A DNA stretch of 64,000 nucleotides from Auanema rhodensis. Lineage: Eukaryota > Animalia > Nematoda. Position numbers and translations under genes: made by a program. The stretch is taken from assembly GCA_964057225.1 (NCBI GenBank), contig OZ059895.1:2294001-2358000 (forward strand), read 5' to 3'. The notes beneath the pieces were generated by a model that saw only the letters and a program-made list of their open reading frames with translations, was not told the origin of the DNA and did no database searches. This document shows, in pieces, positions 1 through 12,636 of this stretch; the first letter of the stretch is position 1; each line of letters begins with the position of its first letter.

Positions 1-38
1 GATTTGCGCTAGCTTAAAAATGCACCGAGATATCAACT

Positions 39-60
39 GATATAAGTTCACACTTATATC
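39..60. other. Perfect 9-bp inverted repeat with 4-nt spacer (per monomer)
   Basis: GATATAAGT-TCAC-ACTTATATC. Confidence 0.93.
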
Positions 61-134
61 CTCGATTTTCACCCTGAAGAATTAATTTTTTCGTTGAATA
101 ACATTGTCTATCGTCTTTGCCTTGAAAAATGGAA

Positions 135-206
135 TCTAAAAACATCTACTTTTTGCTAAATTATTTTGAAATTTTTCGAAAAAATTTTCGTCAAAATGTT
201 TTTGGA
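135..206. other. A/T-tract quasi-palindrome region (per monomer)
   Basis: Perfect 12-bp palindrome TTTTTCGAAAAA (172-183), flanked by ATTTTGA (163-169)/TCAAAAT (191-197). An alternative outer pair is AAAAACAT (138-145)/ATGTTTTT (196-203). Confidence 0.8.
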
Positions 207-312
207 AGCAATATTGAGTGTACATGGAAACTCAACATACACTAATGCATCATTTTTCAAACAATCATAACTAATTTGTGTATTAAGCGTTTCGCAATGT
301 AGTATAGTGCAT

Positions 313-379
313 TCGATGCGGATTTTTAAGCTGCGTCGATCTGTGTTATCAGATTTGCGCTAGCTTAAAAATGCACCGA
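313..379. other. Long imperfect inverted repeat (hairpin/cruciform potential), present once per 351-bp period
   Basis: ATTTTTAAGCT (322-332) is the exact reverse complement of AGCTTAAAAAT (362-372). Inner arms are GCG/CGC and ATCTG (339-343)/CAGAT (350-354) around a 6-nt loop TGTTAT. Outer arms TCGATGC (313-319)/GCACCGA (373-379) have one mismatch and a 2-nt bulge. Confidence 0.9.
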
Positions 380-561
380 GATATCAACTGATATAAGTTC
401 ACACTTATATCCTCGATTTTCACCCTGAAGAATTGATTTTATCGTTGAATAACATTGTCTATCGTCTTTGCCTTGAAAAATGGAATCTAAAAACATCTAC
501 TTTTTGCTAAATTATTTTGAAATTTTTCGAAAAAATTTTTGTCAAAATGTTTTTGGAAGCA

Positions 562-589
562 ATGTTGAGTGTACATGGAAACTCAACAT
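562..589. other. Perfect 9-bp inverted repeat with 10-nt spacer (monomer pos 211-238, 213G allele, shown in M2)
   Basis: ATGTTGAGT-GTACATGGAA-ACTCAACAT. The 213A allele introduces one mismatch. Confidence 0.9.
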
Positions 590-3500
590 ACACTAATGCA
601 TCATTTTTCAAACGATCATAACTAATTTTTGTATTAAGCGTTTCTCAATGTAGTATAGTGCATTCGAATCGGATTTTTAAGCTGCGTCGATTTGTGTTAT
701 CAGATTTGCGCTAGCTTAAAAATGCACCGAGATATCAACTGATATAAGTTCACACTTATATCCTCGATTTTCACCCTGAAGAATTGATTTTTTCGTTGAA
801 TAACATTGTCTATCGTCTTTGCCTTGAAAAATGGAATCTAAAAACATCTACTTTTTGCTAAATTATTTTGAAATTTTTCGAAAAAATTTTTGTCAAAATG
901 TTTTTGGAAGCAATATTGAGTGTACATGGAAACTCAACATACACTAATGCATCATTTTTCAAACAATCATAACTAATTTGTGTATTAAGCGTTTCTCAAT
1001 GTAGTATAGTGCATTCGATGCGGATTTTTAAGCTGCGTCGATCTGTGTTATCAGATTTGCGCTAGCTTAAAAATGCACCGAGATATCAACTGATATAAGT
1101 TCACACTTATATCCTCGATTTTCACCCTGAAGAATTGATTTTTTCGTTGAATAACATTGTCTATCGTCTTTGCCTTGAAAAATGGAATCTAAAAACATCT
1201 ACTTTTTGCTAAATTATTTTGAAATTTTTCGAAAAAATTTTTGTCAAAATGTTTTTGGAAGCAATGTTGAGTGTACATGGAAACTCAACATACACTAATG
1301 CATCATTTTTCAAACGATCATAACTAATTTTTGTATAAAGCGTTTCTCGATGTAGTATAGTGCATTCGATGCGGATTTTTAAGCTGCGTCGATCTGTGTT
1401 ATCAGATTTGCGCTAGCTTAAAAATGCACCGAGATATCAACTGATATAAGTTCACACTTATATCCTCGATTTTCACCCTGAAGAATTAATTTTTTCGTTG
1501 AATAACATTGTCTATCGTCTTTGCCTTGAAAAATGGAATCTAAAAACATCTACTTTTTGCTAAATTATTTTGAAATTTTTCGAAAAAATTTTTGTCAAAA
1601 TGTTTTTGGAAGCAATATTGAGTGTACATGGAAACTCAACATACACTAATGCATCATTTTTCAAACAATCATAACTAATTTGTGTATTAAGCGTTTCTCA
1701 ATGTAGTATAGTGCATTCGATGCGGATTTTTAAGCTGCGTCGATCTGTGTTATCAGATTTGCGCTAGCTTAAAAATGCACCGAGATATCAACTGATATAA
1801 GTTCACACTTATATCCTCGATTTTCACCCTGAAGAATTGATTTTTTCGTTGAATAACATTGTCTATCGTCTTTGCCTTGAAAAATGGAATCTAAAAACAT
1901 CTACTTTTTGCTAAATTATTTTGAAATTTTTCGAAAAAATTTTTGTCAAAATGTTTTTGGAAGCAATGTTGAGTGTACATGGAAACTCAACATACACTAA
2001 TGCATCATTTTTCAAACGATCATAACTAATTTTTGTATCAAGCGTTTCTCAATGTAGTATAGTGCATTCGATGCGGTTTTTTAAGCTGCGTCGATCTGTG
2101 TTATCAGATTTGCGCTAGCTTGAAAATGCACCGAGATATCAACTGATATAAGTTCACACTTATATCCTCGATTTTCACCCTGAAGAATTGATTTTTTCGT
2201 TGAATAACATTGTCTATCGTCTTTGCCTAGAAAAATGGAATCTAAAAACATCTACTTTTTGCTAAATTATTTTGAAATTTTTCGAAAAAATTTTTGTCAA
2301 AATGTTTTTGGAAGCAATGTTGAGTGTACATGGAAACTCAACATACACTAATGCATCATTTTTCAAACGATCATAACTAATTTTTGTATTAAGCGTTTCT
2401 CAATGTAGTATAGTGCATTCGAATCGGATTTTTAAGCTGCGTCGATTTGTGTTATCAGATTTGCGCTAGCTTAAAAATGCACCGAGATATCAACTGATAT
2501 AAGTTCACATTTATATCCTCGATTTTCACCCTGAAGAATTGATTTTTTCGTTGAATAACATTGTCTATCGTCTTTGCCTTGAAAAATGGAATCTAAAAAC
2601 ATCTACTTTTTGCTAAATTATCTTGAAATTTTTCGAAAAAATTTTTGTCAAAATGTTTTTGGAAGCAATGTTGAGTGTACATGGAAACTCAACATACACT
2701 AATGCATCATTTTTCAAACGATCATAACTAATTTTTGTATCAAGCGTTTCTCGATGTAATATAGTGCATTCGATGCGGATTTTTAAGCTGCGTCGATCTG
2801 TGTTATCAGATTTGCGCTAGCTTAAAAATGCACCGAGATATCAACTGATATAAGTTCACACTTATATCCTCGATTTTCACCCTGAAGAATTGATTTTTTC
2901 GTTGAATAACATTGTCTATCGTCTTTGCCTTGAAAAATGGAATCTAAAAACATCTACTTTTTGCTAAATTATTTTGAAATTTTTCGAAAAAATTTTTGTC
3001 AAAATGTTTTTGGAAGCAATATTGAGTGTACATGGAAACTCAACATACACTAATGCATCATTTTTCAAACAATCATAACTAATTTTTGTATCAAGCGTTT
3101 CTCGATGTAGTATAGTGCTTTCGATGCGGATTTTTAAGCTGCGTCGATCTGTGTTATCAGATTTGCGCTAGCTTAAAAATGCACCGAGATATCAACTGAT
3201 ATAAGTTCACACTTATATCCTCGATTTTCACCCTGAAGAATTAATTTTTTCGTTGAATAACATTGTCTATCGTCTTTGCCTTGAAAAATGGAATCTAAAA
3301 ACATCTACTTTTTGCTAAATTATTTTGAAATTTTTCGAAAAAATTTTTGTCAAAATGTTTTTGGAAGCAATATTGAGTGTACATGGAAACTCAACATACA
3401 CTAATGCATCATTTTTCAAACAATCATAACTAATTTGTGTATTAAGCGTTTCTCAATGTAGTATAGTGCATTCGATGCGGATTTTTAAGCTGCGTCGATC

Positions 3501-6500
3501 TGTGTTATCAGATTTGCGCTAGCTTAAAAATGCACCGAGATATCAACTGATATAAGTTCACACTTATATCCTCGATTTTCACCCTGAAGAATTGATTTTT
3601 TCGTTGAATAACATTGTCTATCGTCTTTGCCTTGAAAAATGGAATCTAAAAACATCTACTTTTTGCTAAATTATTTTGAAATTTTTCGAAAAAATTTTTG
3701 TCAAAATGTTTTTGGAAGCAATGTTGAGTGTACATGGAAACTCAACATACACTAATGCATCATTTTTCAAACGATCATAACTAATTTTTGTATTAAGCGT
3801 TTCTCAATGTAGTATATTGCATTCGAATCGGATTTTTAAGCTGCGTCGATCTGTGTTATCAGATTTGCGCTAGCTTAAAAATGCACCGAGATATCAACTG
3901 ATATAAGTTCACACTTATATCCTCGATTTTCACCCTGAAGAATTGATTTTTTCGTTGAATAACATTGTCTATCGTCTTTGCCTTGAAAAATGGAATCTAA
4001 AAACATCTACTTTTTGCTAAATTATTTTGAAATTTTTCGAAAAAATTTTTGTCAAAATGTTTTTGGAAGCAATGTTGAGTGTACATGGAAACTCAACATA
4101 CACTAATGCATCATTTTTCAAACGATCATAACTAATTTTTGTATCAAGCGTTTCTCAATGTAGTATAGTGCATTCGATGCGGTTTTTTAAGCTGCGTCGA
4201 TCTGTGTTATCAGATTTGCGCTAGCTTAAAAATGCACCGAGATATCAACTGATATAAGTTCACACTTATATCCTCGATTTTCACCCTGAAGAATTGATTT
4301 TTTCGTTGAATAACATTGTCTATCGTCTTTGCCTAGAAAAATGGAATCTAAAAACATCTACTTTTTGCTAAATTATTTTGAAATTTTTCGAAAAAATTTT
4401 TGTCAAAATGTTTTTGGAAGCAATGTTGAGTGTACATGGAAACTCAACATACACTAATGCATCATTTTTCAAACGATCATAACTAATTTTTGTATTAAGC
4501 GTTTCTCAATGTAGTATATTGCATTCGAATCGGATTTTTAAGCTGCGTCGATTTGTGTTATCAGATTTGCGCTAGCTTAAAAATGCACCGAGATATCAAC
4601 TGATATAAGTTCACACTTATATCCTCGATTTTCACCCTGAAGAATTGATTTTTTCGTTGAATAACATTGTCTATCGTCTTTGCCTTGAAAAATGGAATCT
4701 AAAAACATCTACTTTTTGCTAAATTATTTTGAAATTTTTCGAAAAAATTTTTGTCAAAATGTTTTTGGAAGCAATGTTGAGTGTACATGGAAACTCAACA
4801 TACACTAATGCATCATTTTTCAAACGATCATAACTAATTTTTGTATTAAGCGTTTCTCAATGTAGTATAGTGCATTCGAATCGGATTTTTAAGCTGCGTC
4901 GATTTGTGTTATCAGATTTGCGCTAGCTTAAAAATGCACCGAGATATCAACTGATATAAGTTCACATTTATATCCTCGATTTTCACCCTGAAGAATTGAT
5001 TTTTTCGTTGAATAACATTGTCTATCGTCTTTGCCTTGAAAAATGGAATCTAAAAACATCTACTTTTTGCTAAATTATTTTGAAATTTTTCGAAAAAATT
5101 TTTGTCAAAATGTTTTTGGAAGCAATGTTGAGTGTACATGGAAACTCAACATACACTAATGCATCATTTTTCAAACGATCATAACTAATTTTTGTATCAA
5201 GCGTTTCTCGATGTAGTATAGTGCATTCGATGCGGATTTTTAAGCTGCGTCGATCTGTGTTATCAGATTTGCGCTAGCTTAAAAATGCACCGAGATATCA
5301 ACTGATATAAGTTCACACTTATATCCTCGATTTTCACCCTGAAGAATTGATTTTTTCGTTGAATAACATTGTCTATCGTCTTTGCCTAGAAAAATGGAAT
5401 CTAAAAACATCTACTTTTTGCTAAATTATTTTGAAATTTTTCGAAAAAATTTTTGTCAAAATGTTTTTGGAAGCAATATTGAGTGTACATGGAAACTCAA
5501 CATACACTAATGCATCATTTTTCAAACAATCATAACTAATTTGTGTATTAAGCGTTTCTCAATGTAGTATAGTGCATTCGATGCGGATTTTTAAGCTGCG
5601 TCGATCTGTGTTATCAGATTTGCGCTAGCTTAAAAATGCACCGAGATATCAACTGATATAAGTTCACACTTATATCCTCGATTTTCACCCTGAAGAATTG
5701 ATTTTTTCGTTGAATAACATTGTCTATCGTCTTTGCCTTGAAAAATGGAATCTAAAAACATCTACTTTTTGCTAAATTATTTTGAAATTTTTCGAAAAAA
5801 TTTTTGTCAAAATGTTTTTGGAAGCAATGTTGAGTGTACATGGAAACTCAACATACACTAATGCATCATTTTTCAAACGATCATAACTAATTTTTGTATT
5901 AAGCGTTTCTCAATGTAGTATAGTGCATTCGATGCGGTTTTTTAAGCTGCGTCGATCTGTGTTATCAGATTTGCGCTAGCTTAAAAATGCACCGAGATAT
6001 CAACTGATATAAGTTCACACTTATATCCTCGATTTTCACCCTGAAGAATTGATTTTTTCGTTGAATAACATTGTCTATCGTCTTTGCCTAGAAAAATGGA
6101 ATCTAAAAACATCTACTTTTTGCTAAATTATTTTGAAATTTTTCGAAAAAATTTTTGTCAAAATGTTTTTGGAAGCAATGTTGAGTGTACATGGAAACTC
6201 AACATACACTAATGCATCATTTTTCAAACGATCATAACTAATTTTTGTATTAAGCGTTTCTCAATGTAGTATAGTGCATTCGAATCGGATTTTTAAGCTG
6301 CGTCGATTTGTGTTATCAGATTTGCGCTAGCTTAAAAATGCACCGAGATATCAACTGATATAAGTTCACACTTATATCCTCGATTTTCACCCTGAAGAAT
6401 TGATTTTTTCGTTGAATAACATTGTCTATCGTCTTTGCCTAGAAAAATGGAATCTAAAAACATCTACTTTTTGCTAAATTATTTTGAAATTTTTCGAAAA

Positions 6501-9500
6501 AATTTTTGTCAAAATGTTTTTGGAAGCAATGTTGAGTGTACATGGAAACTCAACATACACTAATGCATCATTTTTCAAACGATCATAACTAATTTTTGTA
6601 TTAAGCGTTTCTCAATGTAGTATAGTGCATTCGAATCGGATTTTTAAGCTGCGTCGATTTGTGTTATCAGATTTGCGCTAGCTTAAAAATGCACCGAGAT
6701 ATCAACTGATATAAGTTCACACTTATATCCTCGATTTTCACCCTGAAGAATTGATTTTTTCGTTGAATAACATTGTCTATCGTCTTTGCCTTAAAAAATG
6801 GAATCTAAAAACATCTACTTTTTGCTAAATTATTTTGAAATTTTTCGAAAAAATTTTTGTCAAAATGTTTTTGGAAGCAATGTTGAGTGTACATGGAAAC
6901 TCAACATACACTAATGCATCATTTTTCAAACAATCATAACTAATTTTTGTATCAAGCGTTTCTCGATGTAGTATAGTGCATTCGATGCGGATTTTTAAGC
7001 TGCGTCGATCTGTGTTATCAGATTTGCGCTAGCTTAAAAATGCACCGAGATATCAACTGATATAAGTTCACACTTATATCCTCGATTTTCACCCTGAAGA
7101 ATTGATTTTTTCGTTGAATAACATTGTCTATCGTCTTTGCCTAGAAAAATGGAATCTAAAAACATCTACTTTTTGCTAAATTATTTTGAAATTTTTCGAA
7201 AAAATTTTTGTCAAAATGTTTTTGGAAGCAATATTGAGTGTACATGGAAACTCAACATACACTAATGCATCATTTTTCAAACAATCATAACTAATTTGTG
7301 TATTAAGCGTTTCTCAATGTAGTATAGTGCATTCGATGCGGATTTTTAAGCTGCGTCGATCTGTGTTATCAGATTTGCGCTAGCTTAAAAATGCACCGAG
7401 ATATCAACTGATATAAGTTCACACTTATATCCTCGATTTTCACCCTGAAGAATTGATTTTTTCGTTGAATAACATTGTCTATCGTCTTTGCCTTGAAAAA
7501 TGGAATCTAAAAACATCTACTTTTTGCTAAATTATTTTGAAATTTTTCGAAAAAATTTTTGTCAAAATGTTTTTGGAAGCAATGTTGAGTGTACATGGAA
7601 ACTCAACATACACTAATGCATCATTTTTCAAACGATCATAACTAATTTTTGTATCAAGCGTTTCTCGATGTAGTATAGTGCATTCGATGCGGTTTTTTAA
7701 GCTGCGTCGATCTGTGTTATCAGATTTGCGCTAGCTTAAAAATGCACCGAGATATCAACTGATATAAGTTCACACTTATATCCTCGATTTTCACCCTGAA
7801 GAATTGATTTTTTCGTTGAATAACATTGTCTATCGTCTTTGCCTAGAAAAATGGAATCTAAAAACATCTACTTTTTGCTAAATTATTTTGAAATTTTTCG
7901 AAAAAATTTTTGTCAAAATGTTTTTGGAAGCAATATTGAGTGTACATGGAAACTCAACATACACTAATGCATCATTTTTCAAACAATCATAACTAATTTG
8001 TGTATTGAGCGTTTCTCAATGTAGTATAGTGCATTCGATGCGGATTTTTAAGCTGCGTCGATCTGTGTTATCAGATTTGCGCTAGCTTAAAAATGCACCG
8101 AGATATCAACTGATATAAGTTCACACTTATATCCTCGATTTTCACCCTGAAGAATTGATTTTTTCGTTGAATAACATTGTCTATCGTCTTTGCCTTGAAA
8201 AATGGAATCTAAAAACATCTACTTTTTGCTAAATTATTTTGAAATTTTTCGAAAAAATTTTTGTCAAAATGTTTTTGGAAGCAATGTTGAGTGTACATGG
8301 AAACTCAACATACACTAATGCATCATTTTTCAAACGATCATAACTAATTTTTGTATTAAGCGTTTCTCAATGTAGTATAGTGCATTCGATGCGGTTTTTT
8401 AAGCTGCGTCGATCTGTGTTATCAGATTTGCGCTAGCTTAAAAATGCACCGAGATATCAACTGATATAAGTTCACACTTATATCCTCGATTTTCACCCTG
8501 AAGAATTGATTTTTTCGTTGAATAACATTGTCTATCGTCTTTGCCTAGAAAAATGGAATCTAAAAACATCTACTTTTTGCTAAATTATTTTGAAATTTTT
8601 CGAAAAAATTTTTGTCAAAATGTTTTTGGAAGCAATGTTGAGTGTACATGGAAACTCAACATACACTAATGCATCATTTTTCAAACGATCATAACTAATT
8701 TTTGTATTAAGCGTTTCTCAATGTAGTATAGTGCATTCGAATCGGATTTTTAAGCTGCGTCGATTTGTGTTATCAGATTTGCGCTAGCTTAAAAATGCAC
8801 CGAGATATCAACTGATATAAGTTCACACTTATATCCTCGATTTTCACCCTGAAGAATTGATTTTTTCGTTGAATAACATTGTCTATCGTCTTTGCCTAGA
8901 AAAATGGAATCTAAAAACATCTACTTTTTGCTAAATTATTTTGAAATTTTTCGAAAAAATTTTTGTCAAAATGTTTTTGGAAGCAATGTTGAGTGTACAT
9001 GGAAACTCAACATACACTAATGCATCATTTTTCAAACGATCATAACTAATTTTTGTATTAAGCGTTTCTCAATGTAGTATAGTGCATTCGAATCGGATTT
9101 TTAAGCTGCGTCGATTTGTGTTATCAGATTTGCGCTAGCTTAAAAATGCACCGAGATATCAACTGATATAAGTTCACACTTATATCCTCGATTTTCACCC
9201 TGAAGAATTGATTTTTTCGTTGAATAACATTGTCTATCGTCTTTGCCTTAAAAAATGGAATCTAAAAACATCTACTTTTTGCTAAATTATTTTGAAATTT
9301 TTCGAAAAAATTTTTGTCAAAATGTTTTTGGAAGCAATGTTGAGTGTACATGGAAACTCAACATACACTAATGCATCATTTTTCAAACGATCATAACTAA
9401 TTTTTGTATTAAGCGTTTCTCAATGTAGTATAGTGCATTCGAATCGGATTTTTAAGCTGCGTCGATTTGTGTTATCAGATTTGCGCTAGCTTAAAAATGC

Positions 9501-12500
9501 ACCGAGATATCAACTGATATAAGTTCACATTTATATCCTCGATTTTCACCCTGAAGAATTGATTTTTTCGTTGAATAACATTGTCTATCGTCTTTGCCTT
9601 GAAAAATGGAATCTAAAAACATCTACTTTTTGCTAAATTATTTTGAAATTTTTCGAAAAAATTTTTGTCAAAATGTTTTTGGAAGCAATATTGAGTGTAC
9701 ATGGAAACTCAACATACACTAATGCATCATTTTTCAAACAATCATAACTAATTTGTGTATTAAGCGTTTCTCAATGTAGTATAGTGCATTCGATGCGGAT
9801 TTTTAAGCTGCGTCGATCTGTGTTATCAGATTTGCGCTAGCTTAAAAATGCACCGAGATATCAACTGATATAAGTTCACACTTATATCCTCGATTTTCAC
9901 CCTGAAGAATTGATTTTTTCGTTGAATAACATTGTCTATCGTCTTTGCCTTGAAAAATGGAATCTAAAAACATCTACTTTTTGCTAAATTATTTTGAAAT
10001 TTTTCGAAAAAATTTTTGTCAAAATGTTTTTGGAAGCAATGTTGAGTGTACATGGAAACTCAACATACACTAATGCATCATTTTTCAAACGATCATAACT
10101 AATTTTTGTATCAAGCGTTTCTCAATGTAGTATAGTGCATTCGATGCGGATTTTTAAGCTGCGTCGATCTGTGTTATCAGATTTGCGCTAGCTTAAAAAT
10201 GCACCGAGATATCAACTGATATAAGTTCACACTTATATCCTCGATTTTCACCCTGAAGAATTGATTTTTTCGTTGAATAACATTGTCTATCGTCTTTGCC
10301 TTGAAAAATGGAATCTAAAAACATCTACTTTTTGCTAAATTATTTTGAAATTTTTCGAAAAAATTTTTGTCAAAATGTTTTTGGAAGCAATGTTGAGTGT
10401 ACATGGAAACTCAACATACACTAATGCATCATTTTTCAAACGATCATAACTAATTTTTGTATCAAGCTTTTTTCAATGTAGTATAGTGCATTCGATGCGG
10501 ATTTTTAAGCTGCGTCGATCTGTGTTATCAGATTTGCGCTAGCTTAAAAATGCACCGAGATATCAACTGATATAAGTTCACACTTATATCCTCGATTTTC
10601 ACCCTGAAGAATTAATTTTTTCGTTGAATAACATTGTCTATCGTCTTTGCCTTGAAAAATGGAATCTAAAAACATCTACTTTTTGCTAAATTATTTTGAA
10701 ATTTTTCGAAAAAATTTTTGTCAAAATGTTTTTGGAAGCAATATTGAGTGTACATGGAAACTCAACATACACTAATGCATCATTTTTCAAACAATCATAA
10801 CTAATTTGTGTATTAAGCGTTTCTCAATGTAGTATAGTGCATTCGATGCGGTTTTTTAAGCTGCGTCGATCTGTGTTATCAGATTTGCGCTAGCTTAAAA
10901 ATGCACCGAGATATCAACTGATATAAGTTCACACTTATATCCTCGATTTTCACCCTGAAGAATTGATTTTTTCGTTGAATAACATTGTCTATCGTCTTTG
11001 CCTTGAAAAATGGAATCTAAAAACATCTACTTTTTGCTAAATTATTTTGAAATTTTTCGAAAAAATTTTTGTCAAAATGTTTTTGGAAGCAATGTTGAGT
11101 GTACATGGAAACTCAACATACACTAATGCATCATTTTTCAAACGATCATAACTAATTTTTGTATTAAGCGTTTTTCAATGTAGTATAGTGCATTCGAATC
11201 GGATTTTTAAGCTGCGTCGATTTGTGTTATCAGATTTGCGCTAGCTTAAAAATGCCCCGAGATATCAACTGATATAAGTTCACACTTATATCCTCGATTT
11301 TCACCCTGAAGAATTGATTTTTTCGTTGAATAACATTGTCTATCGTCTTTGCCTTGAAAAATGGAATCTAAAAACATCTACTTTTTGCTAAATTATTTTG
11401 AAATTTTTCGAAAAAATTTTTGTCAAAATGTTTTTGGAAGCAATGTTGAGTGTACATGGAAACTCAACATACACTAATGCATCATTTTTCAAACGATCAT
11501 AACTAATTTTTGTATCAAGCGTTTCTCGATGTAGTATAGTGCATTCGATGCGGATTTTTAAGCTGCGTCGATCTGTGTTATCAGATTTGCGCTAGCTTAA
11601 AAATGCACCGAGATATCAACTGATATAAGTTCACACTTATATCCTCGATTTTCACCCTGAAGAATTGATTTTTTCGTTGAATAACATTGTCTATCGTCTT
11701 TGCCTTGAAAAATGGAATCTAAAAACATCTACTTTTTGCTAAATTATTTTGAAATTTTTCGAAAAAATTTTTGTCAAAATGTTTTTGGAAGCAATATTGA
11801 GTGTACATGGAAACTCAACATACACTAATGCATCATTTTTCAAACAATCATAACTAATTTTTGTATCAAGCGTTTCTCGATGTAGTATAGTGCATTCGAT
11901 GCGGATTTTTAAGCTGCGTCGATCTGTGTTATCAGATTTGCGCTAGCTTAAAAATGCACCGAGATATCAACTGATATAAGTTCACACTTATATCCTCGAT
12001 TTTCACCCTGAAGAATTGATTTTTTCGTTGAATAACATTGTCTATCGTCTTTGCCTTGAAAAATGGAATCTAAAAACATCTACTTTTTGCTAAATTATTT
12101 TGAAATTTTTCGAAAAAATTTTTGTCAAAATGTTTTTGGAAGCAATATTGAGTGTACATGGAAACTCAACATACACTAATGCATCATTTTTCAAACAATC
12201 ATAACTAATTTGTGTATTAAGCGTTTCTCAATGTAGTATAGTGCATTCGATGCGGATTTTTAAGCTGCGTCGATCTGTGTTATCAGATTTGCGCTAGCTT
12301 AAAAATGCACCGAGATATCAACTGATATAAGTTCACACTTATATCCTCGATTTTCACCCTGAAGAATTGATTTTTTCGTTGAATAACATTGTCTATCGTC
12401 TTTGCCTTGAAAAATGGAATCTAAAAACATCTACTTTTTGCTAAATTATTTTGAAATTTTTCGAAAAAATTTTTGTCAAAATGTTTTTGGAAGCAATGTT

Positions 12501-12636
12501 GAGTGTACATGGAAACTCAACATACACTAATGCATCATTTTTCAAACGATCATAACTAATTTTTGTATCAAGCGTTTCTCAATGTAGTATAGTGCATTCG
12601 ATGCGGTTTTTTAAGCTGCGTCGATCTGTGTTATCA

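Larger units (their letters stand above)
1..351 (+). repeat. Representative 351-bp monomer (phase set arbitrarily by the window start)
   Basis: About 110/351 G+C with many A/T tracts of 4-6 nt. Contains GCTAGC (NheI, 8-13), GATATC (EcoRV, 29-34), TGTACA (219-224) and ATGCAT (NsiI, 245-250). Common polymorphic sites: 24, 53, 84, 109, 123, 213, 263, 278, 284, 293, 296, 317-318, 322, 341. Confidence 0.97.

Noticed and set aside
66-130. Possible hammerhead ribozyme or retrozyme: CTGAAGA (74-80) matches the CUGANGA core, and the monomer size resembles hammerhead-bearing satellites of newts and schistosomes
   Set aside because: No stem II closes onto a GAAA (the next candidates are GAAT at 96 and GAAA at 124, without pairing), and no stem I partner follows a GUH/UH site. 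The GAAAC stem at 227-238 has GUG at the cleavage position and no CUGANGA in its loop. The minus strand gives only CUGAUAA. An Infernal/RNAMotif search with hammerhead models or an in vitro cleavage assay would settle it, and a degenerate relic cannot be excluded.
1-351. Tandem RNA-gene cluster (5S rRNA, tRNA, spliced leader, snRNA)
   Set aside because: I see no recognisable 5S sequence, tRNA cloverleaf or B-box, or SL1 leader. An Rfam cmscan would confirm this.
1-351. Monomer as a dimer of ~175-bp subunits
   Set aside because: No convincing direct similarity between the two halves by eye. A sensitive self-alignment would be needed to detect an ancient dimer.
1-351. Assignment to a known family (Drosophila 1.688/359-bp, Tribolium TCAST1, alpha satellite, CENP-B box)
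   Set aside because: Only length and AT content are similar. I recognise no diagnostic sequence match and no canonical TTCG-N4-A-N2-CGGG box.
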